Position numbers and translations under genes: made by a program. 64,000 nucleotides of DNA from Spirochaetia bacterium (GTDB lineage: Bacteria > Spirochaetota > Spirochaetia > UBA9216): assembly GCA_963677925.2 (NCBI GenBank), contig CAXXYH010000004.1:800001-864000 (forward strand), read 5' to 3'. Position 1 is the first letter of the stretch. Each line of letters opens with the position of its first letter. The notes under the pieces were generated by a model. The model did not search any database. It was not told the DNA's origin and saw only the letters and a program-made list of their open reading frames with translations. Positions 29,055 to 37,513 of this stretch are shown piece by piece.

Positions 29055-29858
29055 ATGGAAGAATTAAACATTATTTTCGACAGTCTTGTTTCAATTTGCG
29101 CTCATGCAGGTGAACTTATTCTTGATGTTTACAGCAGAGAATTCCCTGTTGAGATGAAAGAGGATAATTCACCGCTTACCCAGGCCGACCGTGCTTCTCA
29201 TGAATACATCTGCAGCAAACTTGAAACGATAAAAGTGGACGGCAGAATTATCCCGCTCATTTCCGAAGAGGGCGAGATTGCCCCCCATGAGAAGAGGCGC
29301 AATTGGGATTATTACTGGCTGATAGACCCGCTGGACGGTACAAAAGAATTTGTAAAAAAGAACGGTGAGTTTACAGTCAATATAGCCCTGATGAAGAACA
29401 GCCGGCCTTATGCCGGAATAGTCTATGTTCCGGTTACCGGAGCTGTTTATTACGGCTCTGAACCGACCGGCAGTTTCCGGGCTGCGGTTAAAGACGGAAA
29501 ATCAGTGAATGCGATCCAGCTGCCGGATGAATCAATTAACCGGCGTGATGATGTTCTTGTCGCAGCAGGCAGCCGTTCCCACCGCAGTGAAGATTTTGAT
29601 AAGTTTGTCAATGAGTGGGCATCTGATAAGGGCTATAGTTCGGTTGAAGTCATTACCGCCGGAAGCAGTCTCAAGTTCTGCATGATCGCAGAAGGCGCCG
29701 CCGATATCTATCCGCGCTTCAGCCCGACTATGGAGTGGGATACAGCCGCCGCTCATGCTGTGGTAGAAGGTGCCGGACGCAGCTGTACCAGCCTTGACGG
29801 AAGCGAATTTCCTTATAACAAGCAGTCTCTTAAAAACGGCGGCTTTCTGGTGTTCTGA
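29055..29858 (+). CDS. cysQ: 3'(2'),5'-bisphosphate nucleotidase
   Basis: SPLTQAD, ISEE, WLIDPLDGTKEF, GSSLKFC, MEWDTAAAHA. Confidence 0.93.
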   Translation: MEELNIIFDSLVSICAHAGELILDVYSREFPVEMKEDNSPLTQADRASHEYICSKLETIKVDGRIIPLISEEGEIAPHEKRRNWDYYWLIDPLDGTKEFVKKNGEFTVNIALMKNSRPYAGIVYVPVTGAVYYGSEPTGSFRAAVKDGKSVNAIQLPDESINRRDDVLVAAGSRSHRSEDFDKFVNEWASDKGYSSVEVITAGSSLKFCMIAEGAADIYPRFSPTMEWDTAAAHAVVEGAGRSCTSLDGSEFPYNKQSLKNGGFLVF

Positions 29859-29871
29859 GCCGCCGCTTAGT

Positions 29872-31641
29872 CTACAGGCAGATGGTAAACGTTGATCCCT
29901 TTCCCGGAGTGCTCTCAACCGAGATGCTTCCGTTGTGGCTCAGGGCAATATGCTTGACTATCGACAGCCCCAGGCCTGTACCGCCTGATTCCCTGCTGCG
30001 CGCCTTGTCTACGCGGTAGAATCTTTCAAAAATACGATCCTGATCCTCCTGCGATATTCCGCAGCCCTGGTCCTTTACGCTGATGCAGGTTCTGCCCTCA
30101 TCGTTCTGTTTTACTGAAACCTTTATTTCAGTATCAGCCCCGCTGTATTTGATTCCGTTGTCTATCAGATTTATTACAGCCTGTTCGGCAAGCAGGGGGT
30201 GAACCTTCAGGATGATATCCTCGGGGCAGTTCATTTTAAGTTTTATGTTTTTATCTTCCGCCCTGGGTTCGCAGCTTGTTACAGCGCTTGTGAGCAGGTC
30301 TATCGCCGGAATCTCTTCAAACAGCGGAGCATTTCCGTCGTTCTTTTCTATTCCTGAAAGCAGAAGCAGATCGTCGATAATAGCCTCGATTCTGGAAGAG
30401 TGCTTCTCCATGATTCCAAGGAACTTGATTGTATTGTTTTCGCCTTCCTCCGGGGACATGCTGTCCAGCAGGGTTTCAATATATCCCTTAATCATAGTGA
30501 CCGGTGTTTTCAGTTCATGTGATACATTGGCTACAAAATCTTTGCGCATCTGTTCCAGCTGCTTCATTCGGGTTATGTCGTGCATTACAAGCAGAAGGGC
30601 GCTTACCTCCCCCTCGGCATCCTTAACCACGGTACCGTGAATTTCAAGGTGGGCGGGGCGGGGAAGATCCAGGGTAATAATTTCAGTCTTCGATGTCCCT
30701 GCCTCAACCATGCTCTGTGCAAAATTGTTCAGCTCCGAGTTTCTGAAAAGTTCAAGGATGCTCCTTCCCCTGTCGTCCTCTTCGTTGAAATGAAACAGTG
30801 TTTCCGCGGCCGAATTGATCCGCAGTATGTGCAGCCGTCTGTCGGTGAAGAGAACCGGCTCGGTCATGTTGTTCAGAATGAGCTGAAGCTCGTTTTTCTG
30901 TGTTTCAACCTTGTTTATACGATCCTGCAGCTGCATCCCCATTGAGTTTATGTCGTCCGAGAGTTCGGAAATTTCCTGAGGGCGCTCAATGAAAAGCTTT
31001 TTGGAAAAATCTCCGGCCGCATACATTGCCGCAGTCTGCTTGAGTTCGTTAATTATCCGGCTTACCCAGCCGGCAAGGATGTAGCTTAGCACCCCGACTG
31101 CAATAAAAAGAACGATGCTCAGTATTACTACACTCCGGTTTATGAGTGATAATCTTGAATCGATATCTTCAAGTGAACGTGCAAGCCTTATTGCGCCGTT
31201 GGTCGAATCACTGAATTGTATGGGGACGGCCGAATACATCATCTCAAAAGACATGGTCGCGCTGTTGCGGGTTGATGAGCCGTAGTTTCCGGAGAGGGCG
31301 GCAGAGACCTCCGGCCGGTCTGCGTGGTTGTTCATGCTGTCAGGGTCGTTCTGGGAATCCGCCAGCACGAGTCCGTTTTCGTTTATGATGGTAACCCTCA
31401 TGTCGGTTTCATTGGATGCCGTGTAAGCAAATTTTTCGATTCCCGCTATGTCGGTTGATGCAAGTCCTGCAGGAAAAACATTTTTAAGAAGTATACAGCT
31501 TTCCTTCAGGTATTCCTCGGTTTCACTGTAGTAGAAGGTTTTAAAGTTATAGGTGTTAAAGACGGCAATAGGTACTATAGCGATGAGCATCATCAGCATC
31601 AGTACAAGAAAGCTCTGCCGGAAAAGTGGGCGCTTTTTCAT
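29872..31641 (-). CDS. phoR: Phosphate regulon sensor kinase
   Basis: TM-periplasmic-TM-HAMP-PAS architecture, FVANVSHELKTP, FYRVDKARSRESGGTGLGL; pst context. Confidence 0.88.
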   Translation of the reverse strand: MKKRPLFRQSFLVLMLMMLIAIVPIAVFNTYNFKTFYYSETEEYLKESCILLKNVFPAGLASTDIAGIEKFAYTASNETDMRVTIINENGLVLADSQNDPDSMNNHADRPEVSAALSGNYGSSTRNSATMSFEMMYSAVPIQFSDSTNGAIRLARSLEDIDSRLSLINRSVVILSIVLFIAVGVLSYILAGWVSRIINELKQTAAMYAAGDFSKKLFIERPQEISELSDDINSMGMQLQDRINKVETQKNELQLILNNMTEPVLFTDRRLHILRINSAAETLFHFNEEDDRGRSILELFRNSELNNFAQSMVEAGTSKTEIITLDLPRPAHLEIHGTVVKDAEGEVSALLLVMHDITRMKQLEQMRKDFVANVSHELKTPVTMIKGYIETLLDSMSPEEGENNTIKFLGIMEKHSSRIEAIIDDLLLLSGIEKNDGNAPLFEEIPAIDLLTSAVTSCEPRAEDKNIKLKMNCPEDIILKVHPLLAEQAVINLIDNGIKYSGADTEIKVSVKQNDEGRTCISVKDQGCGISQEDQDRIFERFYRVDKARSRESGGTGLGLSIVKHIALSHNGSISVESTPGKGSTFTICL

Positions 31642-31667
31642 TCGTTTCCTTTTTGTAAGAAAAATTT

Positions 31668-31812
31668 AGAATAATAAAAGTTAGCGACTTTTATTATTCT
31701 TACCTTGGATGTAAATGAAGATTTTTCACAAGTTCACTCAAGCATTTATATATACTGAACACCGAAAATCTTCAAAGCCAAATTTAAAACCAACTGCGTT
31801 TTAAATTTGGAT
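31668..31812 (-). repeat. Three-hairpin structured element, copy B (between phoB and phoR)
   Basis: Minus strand: 16-bp stem (14/16 paired) with loop CAGTT; T; TGAAG...CTTCA (59 nt); linker TTTACATCCAAGGT; perfect 14-bp stem with 5-nt loop. Confidence 0.8.
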
Positions 31813-32501
31813 CAGTCACTTTTTAGACGGTACCCGACTCCGCGTACGGTTTCAATATATCTGCCCTGAGATCCGAGCTTTTTCCTGATACCAAGTATCT
31901 GTACATCCACTGAACGTTCGGTAACAGGGTAGTTCTGTCCGCGTACTGCATCGATTATCTGGTTCCTTGAAAATACCCATCCCGGATTGGATGCGAGGTG
32001 ACTGAGGATTGCAAACTCTGTTGCCGAAAGATTCACATCTTCTTCGCTGCTGAGTACTTCGTGCTTTTTTATGTCGATCTGTATTTCATGAACGCGAATC
32101 AGCTGGTTTCCGTCATCTTCCCCGTCGGTGTTCCGCCGGAGCACTGTTCTTATGCGGGCAAGAAGCACCCGCGGGCTGAATGGTTTTGTTATGTAGTCGT
32201 CAGCCCCAAGTTCTAGGCCGGATATGATATCCGAATCCTCAGATTTTGCAGTCAGCATGATAACGGGAATATCAGAAGTTGTCTCATCGCGTTTGAGTTT
32301 TTTGCAGATTTCAAGACCGTCCACGTCAGGCAGCATTATATCAAGCAGTACGAGATCGGGCGCATGCTTTCTTGCATTCTCAAGCCCTTCGATTCCGGTT
32401 GCTGCTTTAAGAATTTTATAACCTTCATTTTCAAGGTTGAAGGCTATCAGCTCTCTAATGTCCTGTTCATCTTCGACTACAAGTATTTTTTCACCGGGCA
32501 T
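31812..32501 (-). CDS. phoB: Phosphate regulon response regulator (OmpR family)
   Basis: Receiver LLDIMLP, GADDYITKPFS, winged helix IETVRGVGY. Confidence 0.88.
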   Translation of the reverse strand: MPGEKILVVEDEQDIRELIAFNLENEGYKILKAATGIEGLENARKHAPDLVLLDIMLPDVDGLEICKKLKRDETTSDIPVIMLTAKSEDSDIISGLELGADDYITKPFSPRVLLARIRTVLRRNTDGEDDGNQLIRVHEIQIDIKKHEVLSSEEDVNLSATEFAILSHLASNPGWVFSRNQIIDAVRGQNYPVTERSVDVQILGIRKKLGSQGRYIETVRGVGYRLKSD

Positions 32502-32513
32502 TTCAACCTCCTG

Positions 32514-33173
32514 CTATAATTCCACATGCTGGCCGGTTTTTGTATAAACCACCCATTCGCAGATATTGGTAACATGATCACCAAGCCGTTCAAGGAATCT
32601 GGCCAGGAAGATGAGGTTTGTGGCCTGTTCAATGTTGGCTTCATCTTCTTTATTCATATATTTAAGCATCTTTTTCAGAAGCTTCTTGTGGTTTTTATCA
32701 AGGGCATCATCCCGTGCTGCAACATCTCTTGCAAGCTCCTCATCCATATTTACAAAGGCGGTAAGCGCATCCCTGAGCATTCCGCGTGCAGTTTCTCCTG
32801 CCTCGGGAATCTGCTGGATGGGGGCAATATAGTCTTCTTTTGAGAGCCGCTTTGCGCCCTTTGCTATATGAACTGCATAGTCGCCTGCCCGTTCAAGATC
32901 GGTAATTATTTTTATGGCGCCGGTGAGATGTCTCAGGTCGGTTGCTACTGGCTGTTCGGTTGCAAGTATTATTGACACCCTGTCGAAGAGGGCTGTTTCC
33001 ATGATGTTGATTTTATCGTCTTCGTTTATCACCTGTTCGGCCAGGGCTTCATCCTGGTTTTTCAGAGCCTCTATAGATTTCTTCAATGCTTCTTCAACAT
33101 ATGTACCCATCAGAAGAATCTGATCGTTTAGGTTTGTCATTTCATTTGAAAAATGTAATCTCGGTTTACTCAT
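32514..33173 (-). CDS. phoU: Phosphate signalling protein PhoU
   Basis: QPVATDLR, DLERAGDY, LERLGDHVTNICE. Confidence 0.93.
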   Translation of the reverse strand: MSKPRLHFSNEMTNLNDQILLMGTYVEEALKKSIEALKNQDEALAEQVINEDDKINIMETALFDRVSIILATEQPVATDLRHLTGAIKIITDLERAGDYAVHIAKGAKRLSKEDYIAPIQQIPEAGETARGMLRDALTAFVNMDEELARDVAARDDALDKNHKKLLKKMLKYMNKEDEANIEQATNLIFLARFLERLGDHVTNICEWVVYTKTGQHVEL

Positions 33174-33188
33174 TTTTTACTCCGGATA

Positions 33189-33959
33189 TCAGCCGAATCG
33201 GCCTGATATATAGTCTTCTGTTTTTTTGCTTTCAGGATTGAAGAAGATTCGCTCTGTCGGTCCCATTTCTTCAAGGTATCCATGCAGGAAGAATGCTGTG
33301 TAGTCTGAAATTCTTCCCGCCTGCTGCATGTTGTGAGTGACTATAACGATGGTATAGTCCTGCTTGAGTTCATCTACAAGGTCTTCAATTCTCGATGTTG
33401 ATATCGGATCGAGTGCACTTGTAGGCTCATCCATCAGAATAACATCAGGTTCAACAGCAAGAACCCTTGCTATACAGAGCCTCTGCTGCTGGCCGCCGGA
33501 AAGTCCAAGTGCCGGCTTGTTCAGCCTGTCTTTAACCTCATCCCATATTGCAGCCTGTGTAAGGCTTTTCTCAACTATTTCATCAAGAACCTTGCGGTTT
33601 TTTATTCCGTGAATCCTGGGCCCGTAGGCTATGTTGTCAAATATCGACATCGCAAAGGGGTTGGGGCTCTGAAACACCATTCCAATCTTCTTTCTAAGCT
33701 GAATTATATCATACTTTCCATAGATATCTTCGCCGTCATAAAGAATAGTGCCGTCAACCTTTGACCCGACAACAAGGTCGTTCATCCTGTTCAAGGTTTT
33801 TAAAAAGGTTGACTTTCCGCATCCCGAAGGGCCTATCAGGGCCGTCACCTTATTCTGCTCTATCTCCATTGAAATGCCGTGCAGCGCCTTGAAGTCTCCG
33901 TAAAAGAAGTCGAGGTCCATAACGGACAGTTTATTATTATCAGTCATTGTGTTCTCCAT
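33189..33959 (-). CDS. pstB: Phosphate ABC transporter ATPase
   Basis: [41 protein letters not shown]. Confidence 0.95.
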   Translation of the reverse strand: MENTMTDNNKLSVMDLDFFYGDFKALHGISMEIEQNKVTALIGPSGCGKSTFLKTLNRMNDLVVGSKVDGTILYDGEDIYGKYDIIQLRKKIGMVFQSPNPFAMSIFDNIAYGPRIHGIKNRKVLDEIVEKSLTQAAIWDEVKDRLNKPALGLSGGQQQRLCIARVLAVEPDVILMDEPTSALDPISTSRIEDLVDELKQDYTIVIVTHNMQQAGRISDYTAFFLHGYLEEMGPTERIFFNPESKKTEDYISGRFG

Positions 33960-33962
33960 AAA

Positions 33963-35612
33963 TCAGTATTTCCTTCTGACAAGTCTCGTAGAAAGAACGT
34001 TAACAATAAGAATTATCACTATAAGTATTGTGGCTGTTGCGAATGCCCGGTCAAAGGAAATACCTTCCTTAACTAGCTGGTATAAGTGGGTCGAGAGGAC
34101 ACGTGCTGATGTTGAAAGGTTCTCGGCCCTCCGGTAGTCAAAGCCCATTGTGAAAAGCAGCGCCGCTGTCTCTCCGACCGCACGTCCTATTGCAAGGATT
34201 ACGCCGGTGAGTATGCCGGGAGCTGCCGCGGGTATTACAACCTTGTATATTGTCTGCCACTTGCCGGCACCAAGCGCAAGGCTTCCGGCCCTGAACGACT
34301 GCGGAACACCCTTTATTGCCTCTTCCGCTGTTCTGATGATTGTCGGCAGAATCATAAGAGTCAGAGTCAGCGTTCCTGAAAGCAGCCCTATTCCCAAGTG
34401 CATGTATCCTACAAAGACTATGAAGCCGAAAAGACCGAAGATAATTGACGGAATACCTGCCAGAGTCTCTGTTCCGAGTCTCAGTATTTTTATCAGTATT
34501 CCCTGCTTTGCATACTCGGTAAGGTAAACCGCTGCTCCTATGCCTATCGGCGTTGAGAAAAGAACTGTAAGGAGAACCATGTAAATTGTGTTAACTACAA
34601 TCGAGGAAATACCGCCGACACGGCCTGCTCTCTTGGGTTCTTCAAAGAGAAACCACCACTGCAGGTTCATACCGGTTTTCCGGTACTGGTAATTCAGAAT
34701 ATCCAGTTTGAGCTCATCCGCTGTTTCGGTGAAAACCAGTCCGACTGCACCGCTTGTGCTGTTGAGTTTTTCAATATAGTCGGCATCCGAAGTGCTTTTT
34801 ACTGCATTTGCAGGAAGTGACTCCGCCGTAAGGCCTGTAAGCCTTAGATATTCATCGTATTCCTTACTGCCGGCCGGAGGGATTATTGGTGTCACCGCCA
34901 GGTCTATGCCGCCTGCGTCCTGCCAGTTTGTGATCTTGCCGCTGAAAAGAGCCTTGAGTCCGTCTTCATCGGTGAACCTTATCTTTATATTATTCTGAAT
35001 CTCAAGGACCGAGCTGTTAACAGCAATTGAGAAGGGAATAACCGGAAGGATTCTCACATCAGATAAATCCGCTTTATCGGCTTCGTCCGCGGAAATTATT
35101 CCAAATCCTCCCCGCTGGGATGCTACTGCACTGATTATGTCGGAAGCTGATCGCATGAAGGTCGCATTTTTTCCGGTTTTGCCTTCAGCACCATCAGGAA
35201 TATAGGGAAAAACATCAAGGTCCTGTTCATTTATATTTCCCCAGTTTGACGGCTTTCCGCCGATAAGTCCGCTTAAATCAGAGAAGCTTATCTCTTTTAT
35301 CCTGACATCCCTGTTGACTATTACAACCGAATCGCCTTCAAGCCAGGGGAGTGGTGTTTCTGTTGTCTTGATATATACATGGTCCTGTTCGAGGATGTTG
35401 TCTGAACGGAACCCGCGGTAGAGAATGAAACCGAGAATATAGACCAGTATTCCGAAGGTTGCTATTGCGGCTGCCCAGAGAAGTCCTGTTGCCAGGTTGT
35501 TCATTCGGTTGGTTTTTATATAGTTAGTTTCCGCCTTCTTTTTCTCGCGTTTCAGAAGATCGTTTAAGACATTTCCGGAATCTACCGGTTCCGCCTGAAA
35601 AGTTACATTCAT
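33963..35612 (-). CDS. pstA: Phosphate ABC permease PstA with large periplasmic PstS-like insertion
   Basis: C-terminal LAGIPSIIFGLFG, GRAVGETAAL; insert contains FSGKITNWQDAGG. Confidence 0.88.
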   Translation of the reverse strand: MNVTFQAEPVDSGNVLNDLLKREKKKAETNYIKTNRMNNLATGLLWAAAIATFGILVYILGFILYRGFRSDNILEQDHVYIKTTETPLPWLEGDSVVIVNRDVRIKEISFSDLSGLIGGKPSNWGNINEQDLDVFPYIPDGAEGKTGKNATFMRSASDIISAVASQRGGFGIISADEADKADLSDVRILPVIPFSIAVNSSVLEIQNNIKIRFTDEDGLKALFSGKITNWQDAGGIDLAVTPIIPPAGSKEYDEYLRLTGLTAESLPANAVKSTSDADYIEKLNSTSGAVGLVFTETADELKLDILNYQYRKTGMNLQWWFLFEEPKRAGRVGGISSIVVNTIYMVLLTVLFSTPIGIGAAVYLTEYAKQGILIKILRLGTETLAGIPSIIFGLFGFIVFVGYMHLGIGLLSGTLTLTLMILPTIIRTAEEAIKGVPQSFRAGSLALGAGKWQTIYKVVIPAAAPGILTGVILAIGRAVGETAALLFTMGFDYRRAENLSTSARVLSTHLYQLVKEGISFDRAFATATILIVIILIVNVLSTRLVRRKY

Positions 35613-36523
35613 TATACAGCCTCCGCCTTGCCCTTCAGGAGGTTGACCAGAAGGTTCAGTATCAGGATGAAGAGGAAAAGTACGATACTCGTTGTGAAAA
35701 GTGCGGTCATATGATCTCCGGATGCGTATCCCATGTCGGTTACAATGTTCATTGTGAGTGTTCGAACCTTTGACAGCGGTCCCTGAGGCATAATCGGAGC
35801 GTTACCTGCTACCATCAGAACCGCCATTGTCTCTCCAAGAGCACGTCCCATACCCAGTACAATACCGGCAATTATTCCTGATTTAGCGGCTGGAATCTGG
35901 ACTCTCAGAATAGTCTGCCATCTCGTTCCTCCCAGAGCCAGTGAACCTTCCTTGATGTTCCGGGGCAGGGAAGTTATCGAAACCTCGGTGATGTTGATGA
36001 TTGTGGGAAGCACCATGATTGCAAGGATGATGGATCCCGAAAGCATGCTGTAGCCGGTACCCCCGAAGGTTTCACGTATAAACTTTGAAATCACTATAAC
36101 GCCGAAAAATCCATAGATAACCGACGGTATGCCTGCCAGCAGCTGAACAACGCTTCTCATGAAGTCTGCTACCCTTGTGCCTGCAATCTCGGCCATAAAT
36201 ACGGCAGTAAGTATCCCGATAGGCACTGCCAGAACCAGTGAACCCAGGGTTACGTATATCGATCCGACAATAAAAGGAAGTATTCCGTACGAAGGATTTG
36301 TATCGTTCGAAGGCGACCAGTCGGTTCCGAGCAGAAACTCAAAGACGCCGACAGACTTGAACAGCGGAAGACCTCTCTGAAAGATGAAAAACGATATGAA
36401 CAATACGCTTACAACCGAAACAAGCGCACATACAAGAAGAATCATCTCAACACTTCTTTCCTGTGCGGCTCTGCGGCTGATATCTTTAAGCATCTTTCTC
36501 TGGTTATCAGAGTTTTGTTTCAA
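35612..36523 (-). CDS. pstC: Phosphate ABC permease PstC
   Basis: LAGIPSVIYGFFG, GRALGETMAVLMVAGN; TTG start with AGGAG RBS. Confidence 0.92.
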   Translation of the reverse strand: MKQNSDNQRKMLKDISRRAAQERSVEMILLVCALVSVVSVLFISFFIFQRGLPLFKSVGVFEFLLGTDWSPSNDTNPSYGILPFIVGSIYVTLGSLVLAVPIGILTAVFMAEIAGTRVADFMRSVVQLLAGIPSVIYGFFGVIVISKFIRETFGGTGYSMLSGSIILAIMVLPTIINITEVSITSLPRNIKEGSLALGGTRWQTILRVQIPAAKSGIIAGIVLGMGRALGETMAVLMVAGNAPIMPQGPLSKVRTLTMNIVTDMGYASGDHMTALFTTSIVLFLFILILNLLVNLLKGKAEAV

Positions 36524-36577
36524 AATATATCTCCTAATTGTTTGCAGGTATAAACTATTAGCAGAGCGTTCTTGAAT

Positions 36578-36604
36578 TGTTAGAAGTTTGTTAGGATTGT
36601 GTTA
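36578..36604 (-). promoter_or_regulatory. Pho box: three direct repeats at 11-bp period
   Basis: Minus strand TAACA-caatcc-TAACA-aacttc-TAACA upstream of pstC. Confidence 0.75.
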
Positions 36605-36744
36605 AAAAGCAAAGCTCGGTTAGCTTTGCTTTTTAACTTGAAGTATTTTTTGTTAAATCAGACAGATGAAGTGAGATAAAACCATAAAAATACTTCATAT
36701 AAATCTACGGTGTAAAAACAAAAGGCTGAAGCTTTTGTTTTAAG
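36601..36744 (+). repeat. Three-hairpin structured element, copy C
   Basis: Perfect 16-bp stem with loop CGGTT; T; TGAAG...CTTCA (59 nt); linker TATAAATCTACGGT; imperfect 14-5-14 hairpin. Confidence 0.78.
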
Positions 36745-36783
36745 TTCGTTGGCATTTTGTGACATACGAAAACATATTAACTC

Positions 36784-36812
36784 TTGACGTTAATAATGTT
36801 AGGCGTTATTAT
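36784..36812 (+). promoter_or_regulatory. higBA promoter with overlapping inverted repeat (candidate HigA operator)
   Basis: TTGACG-N17-TATTAT; TAATAATG-ttagg-CGTTATTA dyad spans the spacer and -10. Confidence 0.7.
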
Positions 36813-36819
36813 TCTATTA

Positions 36820-37101
36820 GTGATTGAATCATTTAAAAACAAAGAAACCAGAAAAATCTGGGAAGAAATTTACTCAAAACGATTTCCTAAAGATATTCAG
36901 AGAATAGGTTTGAGAAAGCTTATCATGATTCATCGAGCGAAAGATGTAATTGATTTAAGAGTTCCTCCGGGAAATCATTTAGAACAATTAACTGGAAATA
37001 GGAAGGGCCAATATAGCATAAGAATAAATAATCAATGGAGAATATGCTTTCATTGGAGTAGCGGTTCTGCAAGTGATGTAGAAATAACAGATTATCATTA
37101 G
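36820..37101 (+). CDS. higB: HigB (RelE/ParE superfamily) toxin
   Basis: MIESFKNKETRKIW...DLRVPPGNHLEQLTGNRKGQYSIRINNQWRICF...DYH; GTG start. Confidence 0.92.
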   Translation: MIESFKNKETRKIWEEIYSKRFPKDIQRIGLRKLIMIHRAKDVIDLRVPPGNHLEQLTGNRKGQYSIRINNQWRICFHWSSGSASDVEITDYH

Positions 37102-37102
37102 T

Positions 37103-37408
37103 ATGGGTGAAGATATGGAAAGAATACCTGCAATAACGCCTGGAGAGATTTTATTAGAAGAATTTCTCATTCCCTTGAATATTTCAGCTTATCGATTGGC
37201 TAAAGACACCAATGTACCAGCCACAAGGGTTTCCCAGATAATAAAGGGAAATAGAAAGATAACAGCAGATACAGCTTTGAGATTTTCGAAATATTTTGGA
37301 AATTCTGCAGATTTTTGGTTAGGGATTCAAGATGAATATGATTTAAGAAAAGAAAGAGAAAAAATCGCTTACGAATTAGAAAGAATACCTCAAATAAAAG
37401 CCTCTTAG
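37103..37408 (+). CDS. higA: HigA antitoxin (HTH)
   Basis: PGEILLEEFL...ITADTALRFSKYFGNSADFWLGIQ. Confidence 0.92.
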   Translation: MGEDMERIPAITPGEILLEEFLIPLNISAYRLAKDTNVPATRVSQIIKGNRKITADTALRFSKYFGNSADFWLGIQDEYDLRKEREKIAYELERIPQIKAS

Positions 37409-37476
37409 TTATCCTTTAATTGTCACAGGCATCAGTAAATTGTCAGGGATTCGTTAAGGAATCAGCTGTTTTCCCT

Positions 37477-37505
37477 TTGACACAGAGGCCCGCGAACTGG
37501 ATAAT
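37477..37505 (+). promoter_or_regulatory. pyrG promoter (apparently leaderless)
   Basis: TTGACA-N17-GATAAT, then 8 nt to ATG 37514, no SD. Confidence 0.65.
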
Positions 37506-37513
37506 ATATCTAC

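Noticed and set aside
21337-36744. Three-hairpin element as CRISPR, integron attC, tRNA, MITE or plain terminators
   Set aside because: There is no repeat-spacer array, no consistent RYYYAAC/GTTRRRY ends, no integrase, no tRNA arms and no shared terminal inverted repeats. Plain terminators would not explain the shared loop, linker and fixed stem lengths.
36784-36819. Longer TTG-start version of higB
   Set aside because: The extension is the promoter itself; the family-typical start is GTG 36820 (MIESF).
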